This document shows positions 23,843 through 34,366 of a stretch of DNA of 64,000 nt, in pieces. The translations under genes were made by a program, and so were the position numbers. The notes beneath the pieces were generated by a model. It did no database searches and had not been told where the DNA came from. It was given only the letters and a program-made list of their open reading frames with translations. Origin of the DNA: Deltaproteobacteria bacterium. Its GTDB lineage: Bacteria > Desulfobacterota > Binatia > Bin18. The stretch spans positions 80,389 through 144,388 of the forward strand of contig JACPWD010000032.1 in assembly GCA_016197285.1 (NCBI GenBank), given 5' to 3'. Position 1 is the stretch's first letter, and each line of letters begins with the position of its first letter.

Positions 23843-24652
23843 CTACTGCTCCTCATACCACTGAATCGCGCCGCGCAGGCCCCGTTCCTTTTGGATTTTT
23901 CGTATCTCTTCATTGCCCGGACCAAAATGGAAAATGGCGTCGTACTCTGCTCCAGAGAGCACAGCCACGCGGAAGCCGCGCAGGTCCATGGCACGGTTGA
24001 TCCCCATCTTTTCGAGCTGAAGCTTTTGTGCTGGGACCTTGGCAACGCGCCGGGCATAGCTGTAGGTTTCTTCTTCAAGCTTTTCCGCTGGGAATGCTCT
24101 TGTCGCAAATCCCATTGCCTCTGCTTCTTTGCCGGTGATCTGACTGCCGGGAAGAAATGCCAAGTATTTGGTCCGGTGCGGACCAACCATCCAATTCCAA
24201 AAAGCGCTGACGTAGCCAGCTCCGGCTGGAATCGAAGGAAAGCCGATCCGCGCATTTTCGGCAACGAAGATCATGTCCGTGCAGATGCACAGTTGGGTCG
24301 CTCCGGCCAGACAATACCCGTGCACCATGGCGATCACTGGTTTGGGAAGATCGCGCAAGCGTAGCCAGTTCTCGATGTACCATTGCAAGATTCTGCGATC
24401 ATCGTCGATGGTGAACGGTTTACCGCTCTTGTCTCCCCAGCCTCCGCCACCAAGATCATAACCAGTAGAAAAGGCGCGTCCCGCGCCACGGACGACGACG
24501 ACTTTGATGTCAGAGTCTTTCTCGATTTGGTCGAGTGCTTCGACAAACTCAGTCATAAGGGTTGGGCTTATGGCATTGAGTTTTTCTGGGCGATTCAGTG
24601 TGAGGGTGCCGATACGATCCTGTTTTTCCAGAGTGATGGCAGTGAATGACAT
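23843..24652 (-). CDS. enoyl-CoA hydratase/isomerase (crotonase) family protein
   Basis: 269 aa; MSFTAITLEKQDRIGTLTLNRPEKLNAIS... crotonase fold. Confidence 0.88.
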   Translation of the reverse strand: MSFTAITLEKQDRIGTLTLNRPEKLNAISPTLMTEFVEALDQIEKDSDIKVVVVRGAGRAFSTGYDLGGGGWGDKSGKPFTIDDDRRILQWYIENWLRLRDLPKPVIAMVHGYCLAGATQLCICTDMIFVAENARIGFPSIPAGAGYVSAFWNWMVGPHRTKYLAFLPGSQITGKEAEAMGFATRAFPAEKLEEETYSYARRVAKVPAQKLQLEKMGINRAMDLRGFRVAVLSGAEYDAIFHFGPGNEEIRKIQKERGLRGAIQWYEEQ

Positions 24653-24819
24653 GATGTCTCCTTTTTGGTGTTGGCCAACTCTAGAAAAAATACCCGTTCT
24701 TCTCCGTCCTGTCGAAGGGTGGCGCGCGTGTGACGGCTGGCGTCCAACACGCGATCAGCGTAAGCTATCCGGCGGCGCGTTTCCCGCCGATTTTTTCACT
24801 TCGAGAAGAGGAGCATCGC

Positions 24820-25794
24820 ATGAAAGCCATTCGTGTCCATGAGTTCGGTCCGCCGGAAGTCATGAAGCTAGAAGAAGTTCCCGACCTGAAACCCGGGCCG
24901 GGACAAGTGGTGGTCCGTCTGCACGCCGCCGGTGTCAATCCGGTGGAGACCTACATCCGTTCCGGCATCTATCCGAAGCCGCCGACCCCGTATACGCCGG
25001 GAGCCGATGGGGCGGGAGTTATCGAAGCGGTCGGCGAGGGCGTGACCCGCGTTCGAGTCGGAGATCGCGTCTACACCGCCGGCACGCTCACGGGCACGTA
25101 TGCCGAACAAGCGCTGTGCCGGGAAGCGCAAGTCCGGCGGCTGCCAAAGCGCGCTTCCTTCGCACAGGGAGCGGCGATGTTCGTTCCGTATGGCACTGCC
25201 TATCGGTCGTTGTTTCAACGCGCGCATGTGCAGCCGGGAGAAGTGCTCTTCGTGCACGGTGCCAGCGGCGGCGTCGGTATCGCTGCCGTGCAGCTCGCCC
25301 GAGCTATAGGCATGACCATCATCGGTTCTGCCGGGACCGAGCAAGGGCGGAAACTGGTGGCCGAACAAGGCGCGCATCACATGCTCGACCATCGCGCTCC
25401 CGGATATTTGGATCAGGTGCTCCAGCTCACCAATGGTCGCGGCGCGGATGTCATTATCGAGATGCTGGCCAACGCCAATTTGGGCAACGATCTGAACGTT
25501 CTCGCGCAAGGCGGACGGGTCGTCGTGGTGGGTAATCGCGGCACCAACAATCAGGGAACGGTAGAGATCAATCCGCGAGCTGCGATGCAACGCGACGCGG
25601 CTATTCTCGGTATGACGCTGATGAATGTCACCCCTCCCGAAATGGAAAAGATCCACGCCGCGCTGATTGCTGGCCTAGAGAATGGCTCGTTGCAGCCGGT
25701 TATCGGCCAGCAGTTTTCTCTTGCTGACGCTCCCAAAGCGCATCACGCGGTGATCGAGTCCACCGCCTACGGGAAGATCGTGCTGGTGCCGTGA
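24820..25794 (+). CDS. NADPH:quinone oxidoreductase / zinc-type alcohol dehydrogenase family (Qor-like)
   Basis: MKAIRVHEFGPPEVMKLEEVPDLKPGPGQVVVRLHAAGVNPVETYIRSG...; internal Met of ORF 24730-25794 chosen by RBS. Confidence 0.88.
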   Translation: MKAIRVHEFGPPEVMKLEEVPDLKPGPGQVVVRLHAAGVNPVETYIRSGIYPKPPTPYTPGADGAGVIEAVGEGVTRVRVGDRVYTAGTLTGTYAEQALCREAQVRRLPKRASFAQGAAMFVPYGTAYRSLFQRAHVQPGEVLFVHGASGGVGIAAVQLARAIGMTIIGSAGTEQGRKLVAEQGAHHMLDHRAPGYLDQVLQLTNGRGADVIIEMLANANLGNDLNVLAQGGRVVVVGNRGTNNQGTVEINPRAAMQRDAAILGMTLMNVTPPEMEKIHAALIAGLENGSLQPVIGQQFSLADAPKAHHAVIESTAYGKIVLVP

Positions 25795-25890
25795 CCACCT
25801 CGCGGACTCGAACGAGCGGGTGGAAAAGTTTCGCTGAAGGCGAAGATACTGCTGGACTCTCTAGAAATGAGTGTGGTATGCACCTAACTC

Positions 25891-26586
25891 ATGAGCCAGA
25901 CTATAAAAGATTGGCCTGAGGCGGATCGACCACGAGAGAAACTACTGGACAAGGGATCGGCAGCGCTGTCGGGGACGGAACTGTTAGCGATCATTCTGCG
26001 TACCGGCGACGCGAGTTCCGGCAAGAGTGCGTTGGATCACGGGCGTGACCTCATGCAGCTTTTCGGCGAATCGCTGAGAAAGCTGGGCGAGGCCACCGTG
26101 CAAGAGCTGTGCGCGATCAAAGGGATCGGGCCGGCGAAAGCGGCACAAATCAAAGCTGCAATAGAGATCGGCAAACGCTTCGCGCAAGAATCCGTCAATG
26201 AGGGGGAACTCTTCCGCTCTAGCGCGGAGGTGTTCCAATTCTACCGTGAGCAGCTTGGCGGTCTAAAAAAAGAGGAGTTTCACGTCTTGCTGCTCGATGC
26301 CAAGAACCGCAAGATCAAAGACGTGCGCATCTCCGAGGGCTCGCTGACTTCTTCCCTGGTCCACCCGCGCGAGGTGTTCAACCCGATCATTCGTGAGTCC
26401 GCCGCCGCCGTTATTTTCATCCATAATCATCCGAGCGGCGATCCGTCCCCCAGCCAAGAAGATCTGCAGGTCACGCGTCGGCTGCGAGAAATCGGCGAGG
26501 TCATGGGCGTGCGGGTGCTGGATCACATCATTGTCGGCAAGGGGAAATATGTCAGTTTCGTCGATGACGGATATTGGGAGAAATAA
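25891..26586 (+). CDS. radC: RadC-like JAB-domain protein (UPF0758)
   Basis: HhH motif ...IKGIGPAKAAQIKAAIE... and JAMM motif HNHPSGDPSPSQEDLQVTRRL. Confidence 0.9.
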   Translation: MSQTIKDWPEADRPREKLLDKGSAALSGTELLAIILRTGDASSGKSALDHGRDLMQLFGESLRKLGEATVQELCAIKGIGPAKAAQIKAAIEIGKRFAQESVNEGELFRSSAEVFQFYREQLGGLKKEEFHVLLLDAKNRKIKDVRISEGSLTSSLVHPREVFNPIIRESAAAVIFIHNHPSGDPSPSQEDLQVTRRLREIGEVMGVRVLDHIIVGKGKYVSFVDDGYWEK

Positions 26587-26592
26587 GCGCGC

Positions 26593-27450
26593 ATGAAACT
26601 CAACCGCAACTTGATCGGTAAACAGTATCCTCCTCAGGACTATGGCGTCACGGCGGAAGCGACCATGCGCTACGCCCTCGCTTATAACGACGATAATCCC
26701 TGGTTTCTCGATACCGGTCGCCCGGGTGGGATCATAGCGCCACCGATGTTTGGCGTGGTTATGGGATGGATGCCGATCATGCTAGTCATGACCGACTCGG
26801 AGCTGGGAGCCGACCTGCTGCGCTTGCTGCATAGCGAGCAGGAAATGTTTTTCTATAAGCCTGTCGTACCGGGGGACATCGTGACCAGCACGGCGACGAT
26901 TCTCTCTATGGAAGAAAAAGCCACCGGAGAGACCGTGGTCGTCGAGGTGGTGTCCGCCACGCAAGATCGAGAGCCGGTGCAGCGCATGCTCTTTACCGCC
27001 TTTATTCGCGGGGGCGGAAGAAGAGAACGCAAGAGTGAGGACATTTCCCGAGAGGAGAGGCCGGAAGGGGAACCTCTCCTTCGTGTTGCGCAGACCATTG
27101 ACGCCGACCAGACTTATCGATACGCGCAGGCTTCAGGCGATTACAACCCGATTCATACCGATGAAGCGGTTGCCAAGATGGCCGGCTTGCCGGGCATCGT
27201 CGTGCATGGACTCTGCACCCTGGCATTTACCTCGAAAGTGATCATCGACCAGTGCTGCGCGGGTGACCCACGTCGGCTCAAGCGGTTGCGCGCCCGCTTC
27301 CTGCGCCCGGTGTTGCCGGGGCAGACTATCGCCACCGCAGTCTGGGCTCGGCCAGACCGCGACGGCGTGAACGTGTACGCCTATGAGACGGACAATCCCG
27401 AGGGGAAAGCGGTCATTACCGACGGACGAGCAGAGGTCGCGGCGGCTTAG
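26593..27450 (+). CDS. double hot-dog MaoC-family dehydratase (FAS1-like dehydratase N-domain + MaoC C-domain)
   Basis: 285 aa; C-terminal ...[35 protein letters not shown]... MaoC signature. Confidence 0.8.
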   Translation: MKLNRNLIGKQYPPQDYGVTAEATMRYALAYNDDNPWFLDTGRPGGIIAPPMFGVVMGWMPIMLVMTDSELGADLLRLLHSEQEMFFYKPVVPGDIVTSTATILSMEEKATGETVVVEVVSATQDREPVQRMLFTAFIRGGGRRERKSEDISREERPEGEPLLRVAQTIDADQTYRYAQASGDYNPIHTDEAVAKMAGLPGIVVHGLCTLAFTSKVIIDQCCAGDPRRLKRLRARFLRPVLPGQTIATAVWARPDRDGVNVYAYETDNPEGKAVITDGRAEVAAA

Positions 27451-27872
27451 AAGGGAACGTCGTCTTCAGGTATCGGACTGCCACCGAAGTCATCGGACCC
27501 ACCGCTTGGACCGCCTTCCTGCTGGGCTCCGCGTCCGCCGCCACCACCGCCGAGGAACTGCACGCGTTGCGCCACGACTTCGGTAATGTAGCGCTTATTC
27601 CCGTCGCGGTCGTCATAGCTGCGTGAGCGAATGGAGCCTTCAAGGTAGACCTGACGGCCTTTAGCGAGATATTGCCCGCAATTTTCCGCTTGCTTGCCCC
27701 ACACAACGACGTTGTGCCATTCGGTTTTTTCCTGCCGCTGCCCACCCTGATCCGTCCAGTTGTCAGTCGTGGCGACGGGGAACTTGGCCACCGCTTGTCC
27801 GCCTGGCGTGTAGCGCACTTCCGGGTCTTTTCCTAAGTTACCAACGAGAATGACTTTATTGACAGAGGCCAT
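27447..27872 (-). CDS. ssb: single-stranded DNA-binding protein
   Basis: [31 protein letters not shown]...[14 protein letters not shown]... OB fold, Gly-rich linker, acidic tail DDVPF. Confidence 0.95.
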   Translation of the reverse strand: MASVNKVILVGNLGKDPEVRYTPGGQAVAKFPVATTDNWTDQGGQRQEKTEWHNVVVWGKQAENCGQYLAKGRQVYLEGSIRSRSYDDRDGNKRYITEVVAQRVQFLGGGGGGRGAQQEGGPSGGSDDFGGSPIPEDDVPF

Positions 27873-28004
27873 GTCCGGCTCCTCCTTGGCTGCACCCTAC
27901 CAATCGAGGTTTTTGAAGTCAATCGAAGCCGCCAAATCGACTGGTTGCGTTGCTCAAACACTGGGGCTTCCGTATACTCGGGCGAGCTTGAGCGGAGAAT
28001 CATC

Positions 28005-29765
28005 ATGACACGACAGGTCCGCCTTCCCCTCTTCCTCTTTCACGTCTTCTTTCTGTTCGCCCTTGCGCTTCCGGCGAGAGCTGCGGAGGTGCAAGACCTG
28101 GCGAAATACGGCCCTTTTGTCGCTACGGGAAAGCAGGGCATGGTCGTGACCGCCGGGGATCAAGCCAGCGCGGCGGGCATCGAGATGCTGAAAAAAGGCG
28201 GCAACGCCGTGGATGCAGCCGTGGCTGCCTCGTTCGCCGTCAGCGTGTTGCGACCGCAATCGACCGGGATTGGCGGTGGTGGCTTCTTTTTGCTGTATCT
28301 CGCGAATAAGCAAGAAACCGTTGCGGTCGATTTTCGCGAACGTGCGCCGCTGGCCGCGACCCACGACATGTTTATCCGCGATGGGAAGGCTGTCCCTGAG
28401 TTGAGTCGGACTGGCCCGCTGGCGGTCGCTGTACCAGGGCTGGTGGCCGGTTTGACGGAAATACAGAAAAAGTACGGCACGCTGCCGCTCAAGGAAGTCA
28501 TGGCTCCGGCCATCCAATTAGCCGACGACGGGTTCCCTATTTATCCGCAATTGGCGGGGGCGATCACGTATCGCGCGAAACTCTTGGGTGATTCTCCTGC
28601 GACCAAAGCGATCTATTTTCGCGAGGACCAGCCGCTGCACGAAGGAGAATCGCTGGTCCAGAAAGACTTGGCGCAGACGCTGCGAGAGATCGCGCAATCG
28701 GGAAAGGACGCCTTTTATACCGGTCGTGTCGCTGACGCCCTGGTCACGGAGATGAAAGCCAGAGGCGGTCTGATGACACAGGCAGATCTCGACGCCTATA
28801 AAGTGCTGTACCGCACGCCTTTGGTAAGCGATTTTCAGGGCGTGCAAATTCATTCCATGCCCCCGCCCAGCTCTGGCGGCGTGCTCATCTCGCAGATGTT
28901 GAACGTGCTGTCCGGGTTTCCTTTGGCCGAGTTCGGGTTCTCCACCCCGAAAACGATTCACGTGATGACGGAGACCCTGCGCCTCGCGTTTCGCGACCGT
29001 GCGCGTTATCTGGGAGACCCGGACTTCGGGCAAGTGCCGACCGCCATGTTGGCTTCCACCGACTATGCGGGAAAATTGCGGGCGACCATCGACCTTGCCA
29101 AAGTGACCCCTAGCGAATCTCTTCCCGCCGTCCAGCCAGGAAAGATCGAATCCACCAGCACCACGCATATCTCCATTGTCGATAAGCACGGCAATGCTGT
29201 GGCGACAACGCAGACCGTGAACCTCTATTTCGGCAGCGGCGTGTTAGTGCCGGGCACCGGCATCATGCTCAACGACGAGATGGACGATTTCAGCGCGCAG
29301 CTCCACCGGCCGAATGCGTTCGGTTTAATCGGCGAGACCGATGCCAATGCCATCGCCCCGCGCAAGACGCCGCTCAGCAGCATGAGCCCCACCATTGTCA
29401 CCCGCGACGGGAAGGCGATGCTGGTAACCGGCAGTCCGGGCGGGTCGCGGATCATCAGCGCCACGTTGCAAGTGCTGTTGAATGTGATCGCGCACCGCAT
29501 GTCCCTCCCGGAAGCGCTCTTTGCCCCGCGCATCCATCATCAATGGTTTCCCGACGAGCTGCTGGTCGAGGCCAAGAAAGACAGCAAACCGGAAGGATTA
29601 GTGGCAGCCCTTCAGCAGCTTGGTCATAAGGTCACGCTCGTCGAGGATACGGGCGACGGGCGCACGCCGTTCGGGAATGTGCAAGCCGTGCACGTTGATA
29701 TATCTTCGGGCGTCATCACTGGAGTCTCCGATCCCCGCGGAGAAGGGCGACCCCACGGGTTTTAG
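28005..29765 (+). CDS. ggt: gamma-glutamyltransferase (secreted, signal peptide)
   Basis: Signal peptide then ...GGFFLLY..., autoproteolysis-site region ...STTHISIVDKHGNAVA..., ...GSPGGSRIIS. Confidence 0.92.
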   Translation: MTRQVRLPLFLFHVFFLFALALPARAAEVQDLAKYGPFVATGKQGMVVTAGDQASAAGIEMLKKGGNAVDAAVAASFAVSVLRPQSTGIGGGGFFLLYLANKQETVAVDFRERAPLAATHDMFIRDGKAVPELSRTGPLAVAVPGLVAGLTEIQKKYGTLPLKEVMAPAIQLADDGFPIYPQLAGAITYRAKLLGDSPATKAIYFREDQPLHEGESLVQKDLAQTLREIAQSGKDAFYTGRVADALVTEMKARGGLMTQADLDAYKVLYRTPLVSDFQGVQIHSMPPPSSGGVLISQMLNVLSGFPLAEFGFSTPKTIHVMTETLRLAFRDRARYLGDPDFGQVPTAMLASTDYAGKLRATIDLAKVTPSESLPAVQPGKIESTSTTHISIVDKHGNAVATTQTVNLYFGSGVLVPGTGIMLNDEMDDFSAQLHRPNAFGLIGETDANAIAPRKTPLSSMSPTIVTRDGKAMLVTGSPGGSRIISATLQVLLNVIAHRMSLPEALFAPRIHHQWFPDELLVEAKKDSKPEGLVAALQQLGHKVTLVEDTGDGRTPFGNVQAVHVDISSGVITGVSDPRGEGRPHGF

Positions 29766-29778
29766 AAAGGAACAGAGC

Positions 29779-30951
29779 ATGGCCCAAGTCGATTACTTTC
29801 AAATCGAAGAATTACTGACCGAAGAAGAGCGCCTCGTACGCGATACCGCGCGGCGCTTCGTTGACGAGGAGTTCCTGCCGCGCGTGAAGGAATGTTTCCG
29901 CGAAGGTACGTTCCCGCAGGAGCTGATCCCGCGTTTGGGCGAGCTGGGGTTTTTGGGGCTAACGTTGCCGACGCAGTACGGATGCGCCGGTCTGAATAGT
30001 GTCTGTTACGGATTGGTGAGTCAGGAGCTGGAACGAGGAGATAGCGGCCTGCGTTCGTTTGCCAGCGTGCAGTCGTCGCTGGTGATGTATCCGATCTACA
30101 CCTTCGGTTCGGAGATGCAGAAAAATTTCTGGTTGCCGCGTCTGGCACGGGCGGAAGCCATTGGCTGCTTCGGTCTCACCGAACCAGACTTCGGCTCCAA
30201 CCCTGGCGGCATGATTACTCGTGCCAAACGGGCCGAAGGTGGATTCGTGCTGAACGGCACTAAGCGCTGGATCACCAACGGCTCTATTTCTGACGTGGCT
30301 GTCGTCTGGGCCAAGTTGGAAGAAAATGGCAAGGATGTGATTCGCGGGTTTCTGGTGGAAAAAGAACGCCCGGGGTTCACGCGCCTCGATATCGAGGGAA
30401 AATTTAGCATGCGGGCCTCGATCACTTCAGAGTTGATTTTCGAGGACTGTTGGATTCCCGAAGAGAATCTCCTGCCCAATTCCGGCGGCATCAAATCGCC
30501 GCTCATGTGTCTGACGCAGGCGCGTTACGGTATTTCTTGGGGGGCGACCGGGGCCGCCATCGCCTGCTACGAAAGCGCGCTCGACTATGCGAAGAGCCGG
30601 ATCATGTTCTCCCGCCCGATTGCCGGCTATCAGCTCGTGCAAGCGAAGCTCGTCGGGATGATTACCGAAATCACCAAAGCGCAGTTGCTGTCGTTGCGGC
30701 TGGGGCGATTGAAAGATGCTGGCACGATGCGGCCCGAGCACGTGAGCATGGCGAAGATGAATAACGTCTCCACCGCGCTCCAGACTGCGCGGGTGGCGCG
30801 CGATATTCTTGGCGGCAATGGCATCATCGACGAGTATCCCATCATCCGCCACATGCTGAACCTGGAAACCGTCAACACCTACGAAGGCACGGAAGACATC
30901 CATCGCCTGACCATCGGGCGCGATATTACAGGACTCAACGCGTTTGAGTGA
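29779..30951 (+). CDS. acyl-CoA dehydrogenase (glutaryl-CoA dehydrogenase-like)
   Basis: 391 aa from the MAQVDYFQIEELLTEEE start; ACAD N/M/C domains (…GCFGLTEPDFGSNPGGM…YEGTEDIHRLTIGRDITG). Confidence 0.9.
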   Translation: MAQVDYFQIEELLTEEERLVRDTARRFVDEEFLPRVKECFREGTFPQELIPRLGELGFLGLTLPTQYGCAGLNSVCYGLVSQELERGDSGLRSFASVQSSLVMYPIYTFGSEMQKNFWLPRLARAEAIGCFGLTEPDFGSNPGGMITRAKRAEGGFVLNGTKRWITNGSISDVAVVWAKLEENGKDVIRGFLVEKERPGFTRLDIEGKFSMRASITSELIFEDCWIPEENLLPNSGGIKSPLMCLTQARYGISWGATGAAIACYESALDYAKSRIMFSRPIAGYQLVQAKLVGMITEITKAQLLSLRLGRLKDAGTMRPEHVSMAKMNNVSTALQTARVARDILGGNGIIDEYPIIRHMLNLETVNTYEGTEDIHRLTIGRDITGLNAFE

Positions 30952-31591
30952 AGCGCTGTCCTACCCCACCGAACCGCTGGAACTCAGCATCGGCTCTCGT
31001 CGCCTTTCGTTGCTCCGCGTCAAAGACCTGGAACGGTACGTGGATCGTGAGGCGTTGCTCAAGGACGAGACCGAGGAGCCTCCCTACTGGGCGCATCTGT
31101 GGACCGGCTCGCTGACCTTGGCGCGTTACGTGGAGGAGTGCATCGACTGTGAAGGCGCTGCTGTTCTCGATCTTGGTTGTGGACTCGGTCTGAGCGGGAT
31201 CGTTGCCGCGCTCAAGGGTGGCAACGTCGTGTTTGCCGACAAAGAACGCGATGCTGTCGCTTTCGCGGCGGCCAATGCGCGACGCAACCAGTGTCCGGCC
31301 TTCATGGTGCGGACGCTCGATTTTACGACGGAGGGGCTGGACAGGAGCTTTTCTCTCATTCTGGGGGCGGAAATTTTGTATGACCGTCTGACCTTTCCCG
31401 CGCTGGCGCGGTTTCTTACACAGCATCTTGCTCCCAATGGATGCGTGCTGTTGTCCGATGCGCGGCGCACCAATACCGAAGAGTTCTATCGTCAATTGGA
31501 TCTCGTCGGCTTACGCTGGCAGCGGGAAGAGAGAATGGAACGAGAAGACCGCTTGCCGCTGGCGGTCAGCATCGTGACGATTCATCACTAA
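30944..31591 (+). CDS. class I SAM-dependent methyltransferase (small-domain, protein-lysine/rRNA MTase-like)
   Basis: ...VLDLGCGLGLSGIVAALKGGNVVFADKE... Rossmann SAM motif; GTG start. Confidence 0.7.
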   Translation: MSEALSYPTEPLELSIGSRRLSLLRVKDLERYVDREALLKDETEEPPYWAHLWTGSLTLARYVEECIDCEGAAVLDLGCGLGLSGIVAALKGGNVVFADKERDAVAFAAANARRNQCPAFMVRTLDFTTEGLDRSFSLILGAEILYDRLTFPALARFLTQHLAPNGCVLLSDARRTNTEEFYRQLDLVGLRWQREERMEREDRLPLAVSIVTIHH

Positions 31592-31601
31592 GGCGAGCAC
31601 C

Positions 31602-32261
31602 ATGGTCACTAACCACACGATTGACGTCGTCTTCGACATTCTCCGCCACGCCGCGCCGGAGTGGTCCGCGCCGGTGGTCACGCAAATGGCTTCGCTTTCG
31701 CGCGACCCTTATCTCGTGTTGATTGCCTGTCTGCTCAGCTTGCGCACCAAGGATGAAACCACCGGTCCGGCAGCCCGGCGGCTGTTTGCTTTGGCAGATA
31801 CGCCAGAAGCCATGCTGACCCTGACCTCGGCGCAGATTGAGAAAGCCATCTATCCGGTTGGATTCTACAAAACGAAAACGCAGACCGTGTTGGAGATCTC
31901 GCGCCTTTTGGTCGAGCAGCATGACAGCCGCGTGCCGGACGAGATTGACGAGCTCGTGCAGTTCAAAGGCGTCGGTCGCAAGACGGCGAATCTCGTGGTC
32001 ACGCTTGGCTATCGCAAGCCGGGAATCTGCGTGGACACGCACGTACACCGGATTTCCAACCGCTGGGGCTACGTGACGACCAAGACCCCGGAGGAAACGG
32101 AAATGGCGCTACGCAAGAAACTGCCGCCACCGCACTGGATCGAGATTAACGATCTGCTGGTCGCCATGGGACAGACCATTTGCCATCCCACCTCGCCGAA
32201 ATGCAGCCTGTGCCCGATCGAAAAGCATTGCGCCAAGATCGGCGTTACGCGCAGCAGATGA
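31602..32261 (+). CDS. nth: endonuclease III (HhH-GPD DNA glycosylase, 4Fe-4S)
   Basis: ...VQFKGVGRKTANLV... HhH-GPD, and C-terminal Cys cluster CHPTSPKCSLCPIEKHC. Confidence 0.92.
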   Translation: MVTNHTIDVVFDILRHAAPEWSAPVVTQMASLSRDPYLVLIACLLSLRTKDETTGPAARRLFALADTPEAMLTLTSAQIEKAIYPVGFYKTKTQTVLEISRLLVEQHDSRVPDEIDELVQFKGVGRKTANLVVTLGYRKPGICVDTHVHRISNRWGYVTTKTPEETEMALRKKLPPPHWIEINDLLVAMGQTICHPTSPKCSLCPIEKHCAKIGVTRSR

Positions 32262-32340
32262 GGGTCGAATGCAGATGAGTATCCGTGCCATCCGAGATTC
32301 TGCCTTGCATCGGGCTCCCTTATCAGGCATAGGTTTGTAC

Positions 32341-32607
32341 ATGACCGCTGTCTCATTGAAAAAAGAACGTTGGACACTCACTCTTGATCGGCAGGTTAAG
32401 CGCACGATTCTGGAGGAGGCACGCAAGCGGAAGGTTCGGCCAGCGCGAGTGCTGGAAGATCTGGTGAGAGAGCGCTTCGATCCTTTCGGTCATGCTGATG
32501 TGGATGATCCCGTGGCCTACGTGCGTGCTTTGCGTCGTGAAAGTCGGGAAATGACGGATGAAGATTTCTTGACAGACCTCAAACGATGGGAGAAAGTGAC
32601 CTCTTAG
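32341..32607 (+). CDS. vapB: putative ribbon-helix-helix antitoxin (VapB-like)
   Basis: Small basic protein ...KKERWTLTLDRQVKRTILEEARKRKV... immediately upstream of a PIN gene; RHH-like strand-helix pattern. Confidence 0.5.
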   Translation: MTAVSLKKERWTLTLDRQVKRTILEEARKRKVRPARVLEDLVRERFDPFGHADVDDPVAYVRALRRESREMTDEDFLTDLKRWEKVTS

Positions 32608-32656
32608 TTGATAGCCGGCATTTTCCGTTGCTCCTCGTGAAGGACAAGAGTCGTGC

Positions 32657-33028
32657 GTGAGAAAAAATCCCCTCCTCGTTGATACCGATATTCTCATTTC
32701 CTACCTGAACCTCAGGCAACATCGTTTCTATCTGGAAAGTCCAAACTTCCAGGTTCACTATTCCGCCGTTACGAAGAAGGAACTGCTCGCCAAGCAAGGA
32801 CTTTCTGGACGAGAGCGACAGGCGATCTTCTCTCTCCTCAAACGTTATCGCCAGATTCCTGTTACGCCAGCTATTGCTGACCGGTATGCAGAACTTCAGC
32901 GTCGGTATCCAACACTGGAACGTGAAGACGCGCTGATTGCTGCCTCCGCTATCGTTCGCCGCCTGCCCCTTCTGACCGGAAATATAAAGCATTTCCGCAT
33001 CGTCAAGGATCTCAGCCTTCTTCCATAA
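32657..33028 (+). CDS. vapC: PIN-domain toxin (VapC-like)
   Basis: N-terminal LLVDTDILISYL (first PIN Asp motif); 123 aa; GTG start. Confidence 0.75.
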   Translation: MRKNPLLVDTDILISYLNLRQHRFYLESPNFQVHYSAVTKKELLAKQGLSGRERQAIFSLLKRYRQIPVTPAIADRYAELQRRYPTLEREDALIAASAIVRRLPLLTGNIKHFRIVKDLSLLP

Positions 33029-33037
33029 GCACTCGTC

Positions 33038-34267
33038 ATGTCGATTCCCTACAATACTCGCACCAAACTCCTGTGGGTCGCGATCCTCTATTTCGCCGAA
33101 GGGTTTCCTTTCGGGCTGCTGTTCGACGCCTTTCCGGTGTATTTCCGTACCCAAAACGTGAGCCTGACGGACATCGGACTGCTCAGTCTTGCCGGCCTGC
33201 CCTGGACGCTCAAGTTTCTTTGGGCGCCGCTCGTCGACACCTGGGGAAAACGCAAAACTTGGGTGGCGGTCTGCCAAGCGCTGCTTGCCATCGACCTAAC
33301 GCTCTTCCTCGTGCTGCAACCGACCCAAACTAGCGTGACCTTATGGCTGCTGCTGGTCGCGCTGGCGGTATTTTCAGCAACGCAAGACATTGCCATCGAC
33401 GCCTACACGATCGAAGTGCTCGACAAGGATGAAGTCGGGCCGGCCAATGGCATTCGCGTGAGCGCCTACCGGGTGGCGCTGATCGGGGCCGGGGGCGTGT
33501 TTGTCGCCATCGCTGGTCTCATTGGCTGGCAATTCGCTTTTACCGCAGCGGCGGTTTTGCTGGCATTCTTTGCGGTGTTGACGACTCGTGCCCCGGAGAC
33601 TGCCGTCGTGCGTCTCACCCGCGAGAGTTGGCAAGCAACACTTCGTCAAGCCATAATCGGCCCGTTTCGGAGTTTCTGGCAACGGTCGGGCGTGCTCTAC
33701 GTGATGTTGTTCGTGCTCACCTTCAAGTTGGGCGACATGGCGCTCGGGCCGATGGTCCGGCCTTTCTGGGTGGACCGCAACTTCACGCCGCTGCAAATCG
33801 GCGCTGTTCCCGGAACGATTGGCGTGGTGTGCACGATTACCGGCGCGTTGCTGGGAGGGAATCTCGCCAAAAGTTGGGGGCTGTTCAAAGCCTTGTGGGT
33901 CTTGGGCATTGCTCAAGCGGTGTCCAACCTCGCCTACGCCGCCGCAGCGGCGTTGCCGCCTTCCAATGCGCTGATGTACGGCGCGTCGATGATCGAGTCG
34001 TTCTGTGGCGGACTCGGCACGGCCCCGTTTCTCGCCTTCATGATGCGCATTTGCGACAAGACCCAGGCGGCAACGCAGTATGCTCTGCTCAGCGCGCTCT
34101 TCGGTCTGACTCGTTCGCTTTCTGGAGCAGTATCTGGGGTGATTACGCAAAACGTTGGTTACGCGACTTATTTCATTTTCACCTTCTTTTTGGCGTGGCC
34201 GGCGTTCCTCCTGTTACCGTGGGTGAAACGCTGGAGCGAGACAAAAGGAGACACGCGGGGAGAGTAG
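33038..34267 (+). CDS. ampG: MFS transporter, AmpG-like muropeptide permease family
   Basis: ...LLWVAILYFAEGFPFGLLFDAFPVYFR...LKFLWAPLVDTWGKRKTW... AmpG/MFS signature; 409 aa, 12 predicted TM helices. Confidence 0.75.
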   Translation: MSIPYNTRTKLLWVAILYFAEGFPFGLLFDAFPVYFRTQNVSLTDIGLLSLAGLPWTLKFLWAPLVDTWGKRKTWVAVCQALLAIDLTLFLVLQPTQTSVTLWLLLVALAVFSATQDIAIDAYTIEVLDKDEVGPANGIRVSAYRVALIGAGGVFVAIAGLIGWQFAFTAAAVLLAFFAVLTTRAPETAVVRLTRESWQATLRQAIIGPFRSFWQRSGVLYVMLFVLTFKLGDMALGPMVRPFWVDRNFTPLQIGAVPGTIGVVCTITGALLGGNLAKSWGLFKALWVLGIAQAVSNLAYAAAAALPPSNALMYGASMIESFCGGLGTAPFLAFMMRICDKTQAATQYALLSALFGLTRSLSGAVSGVITQNVGYATYFIFTFFLAWPAFLLLPWVKRWSETKGDTRGE

Positions 34268-34305
34268 GGGCGGTTCGCGACCCGCCCCTGCCTGTCTTTC
34301 TGTTT
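34268..34305 (+). terminator. rho-independent terminator after ampG
   Basis: ggggcgg-ttcgcga-cccgcccc perfect GC stem followed by a T-rich tgtctttctgttt. Confidence 0.65.
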
Positions 34306-34366
34306 GGAAGCTTTTCCTGTAGCACAGACACAGCATTCACATCATCTGATTGTCGGGAGGGACATA

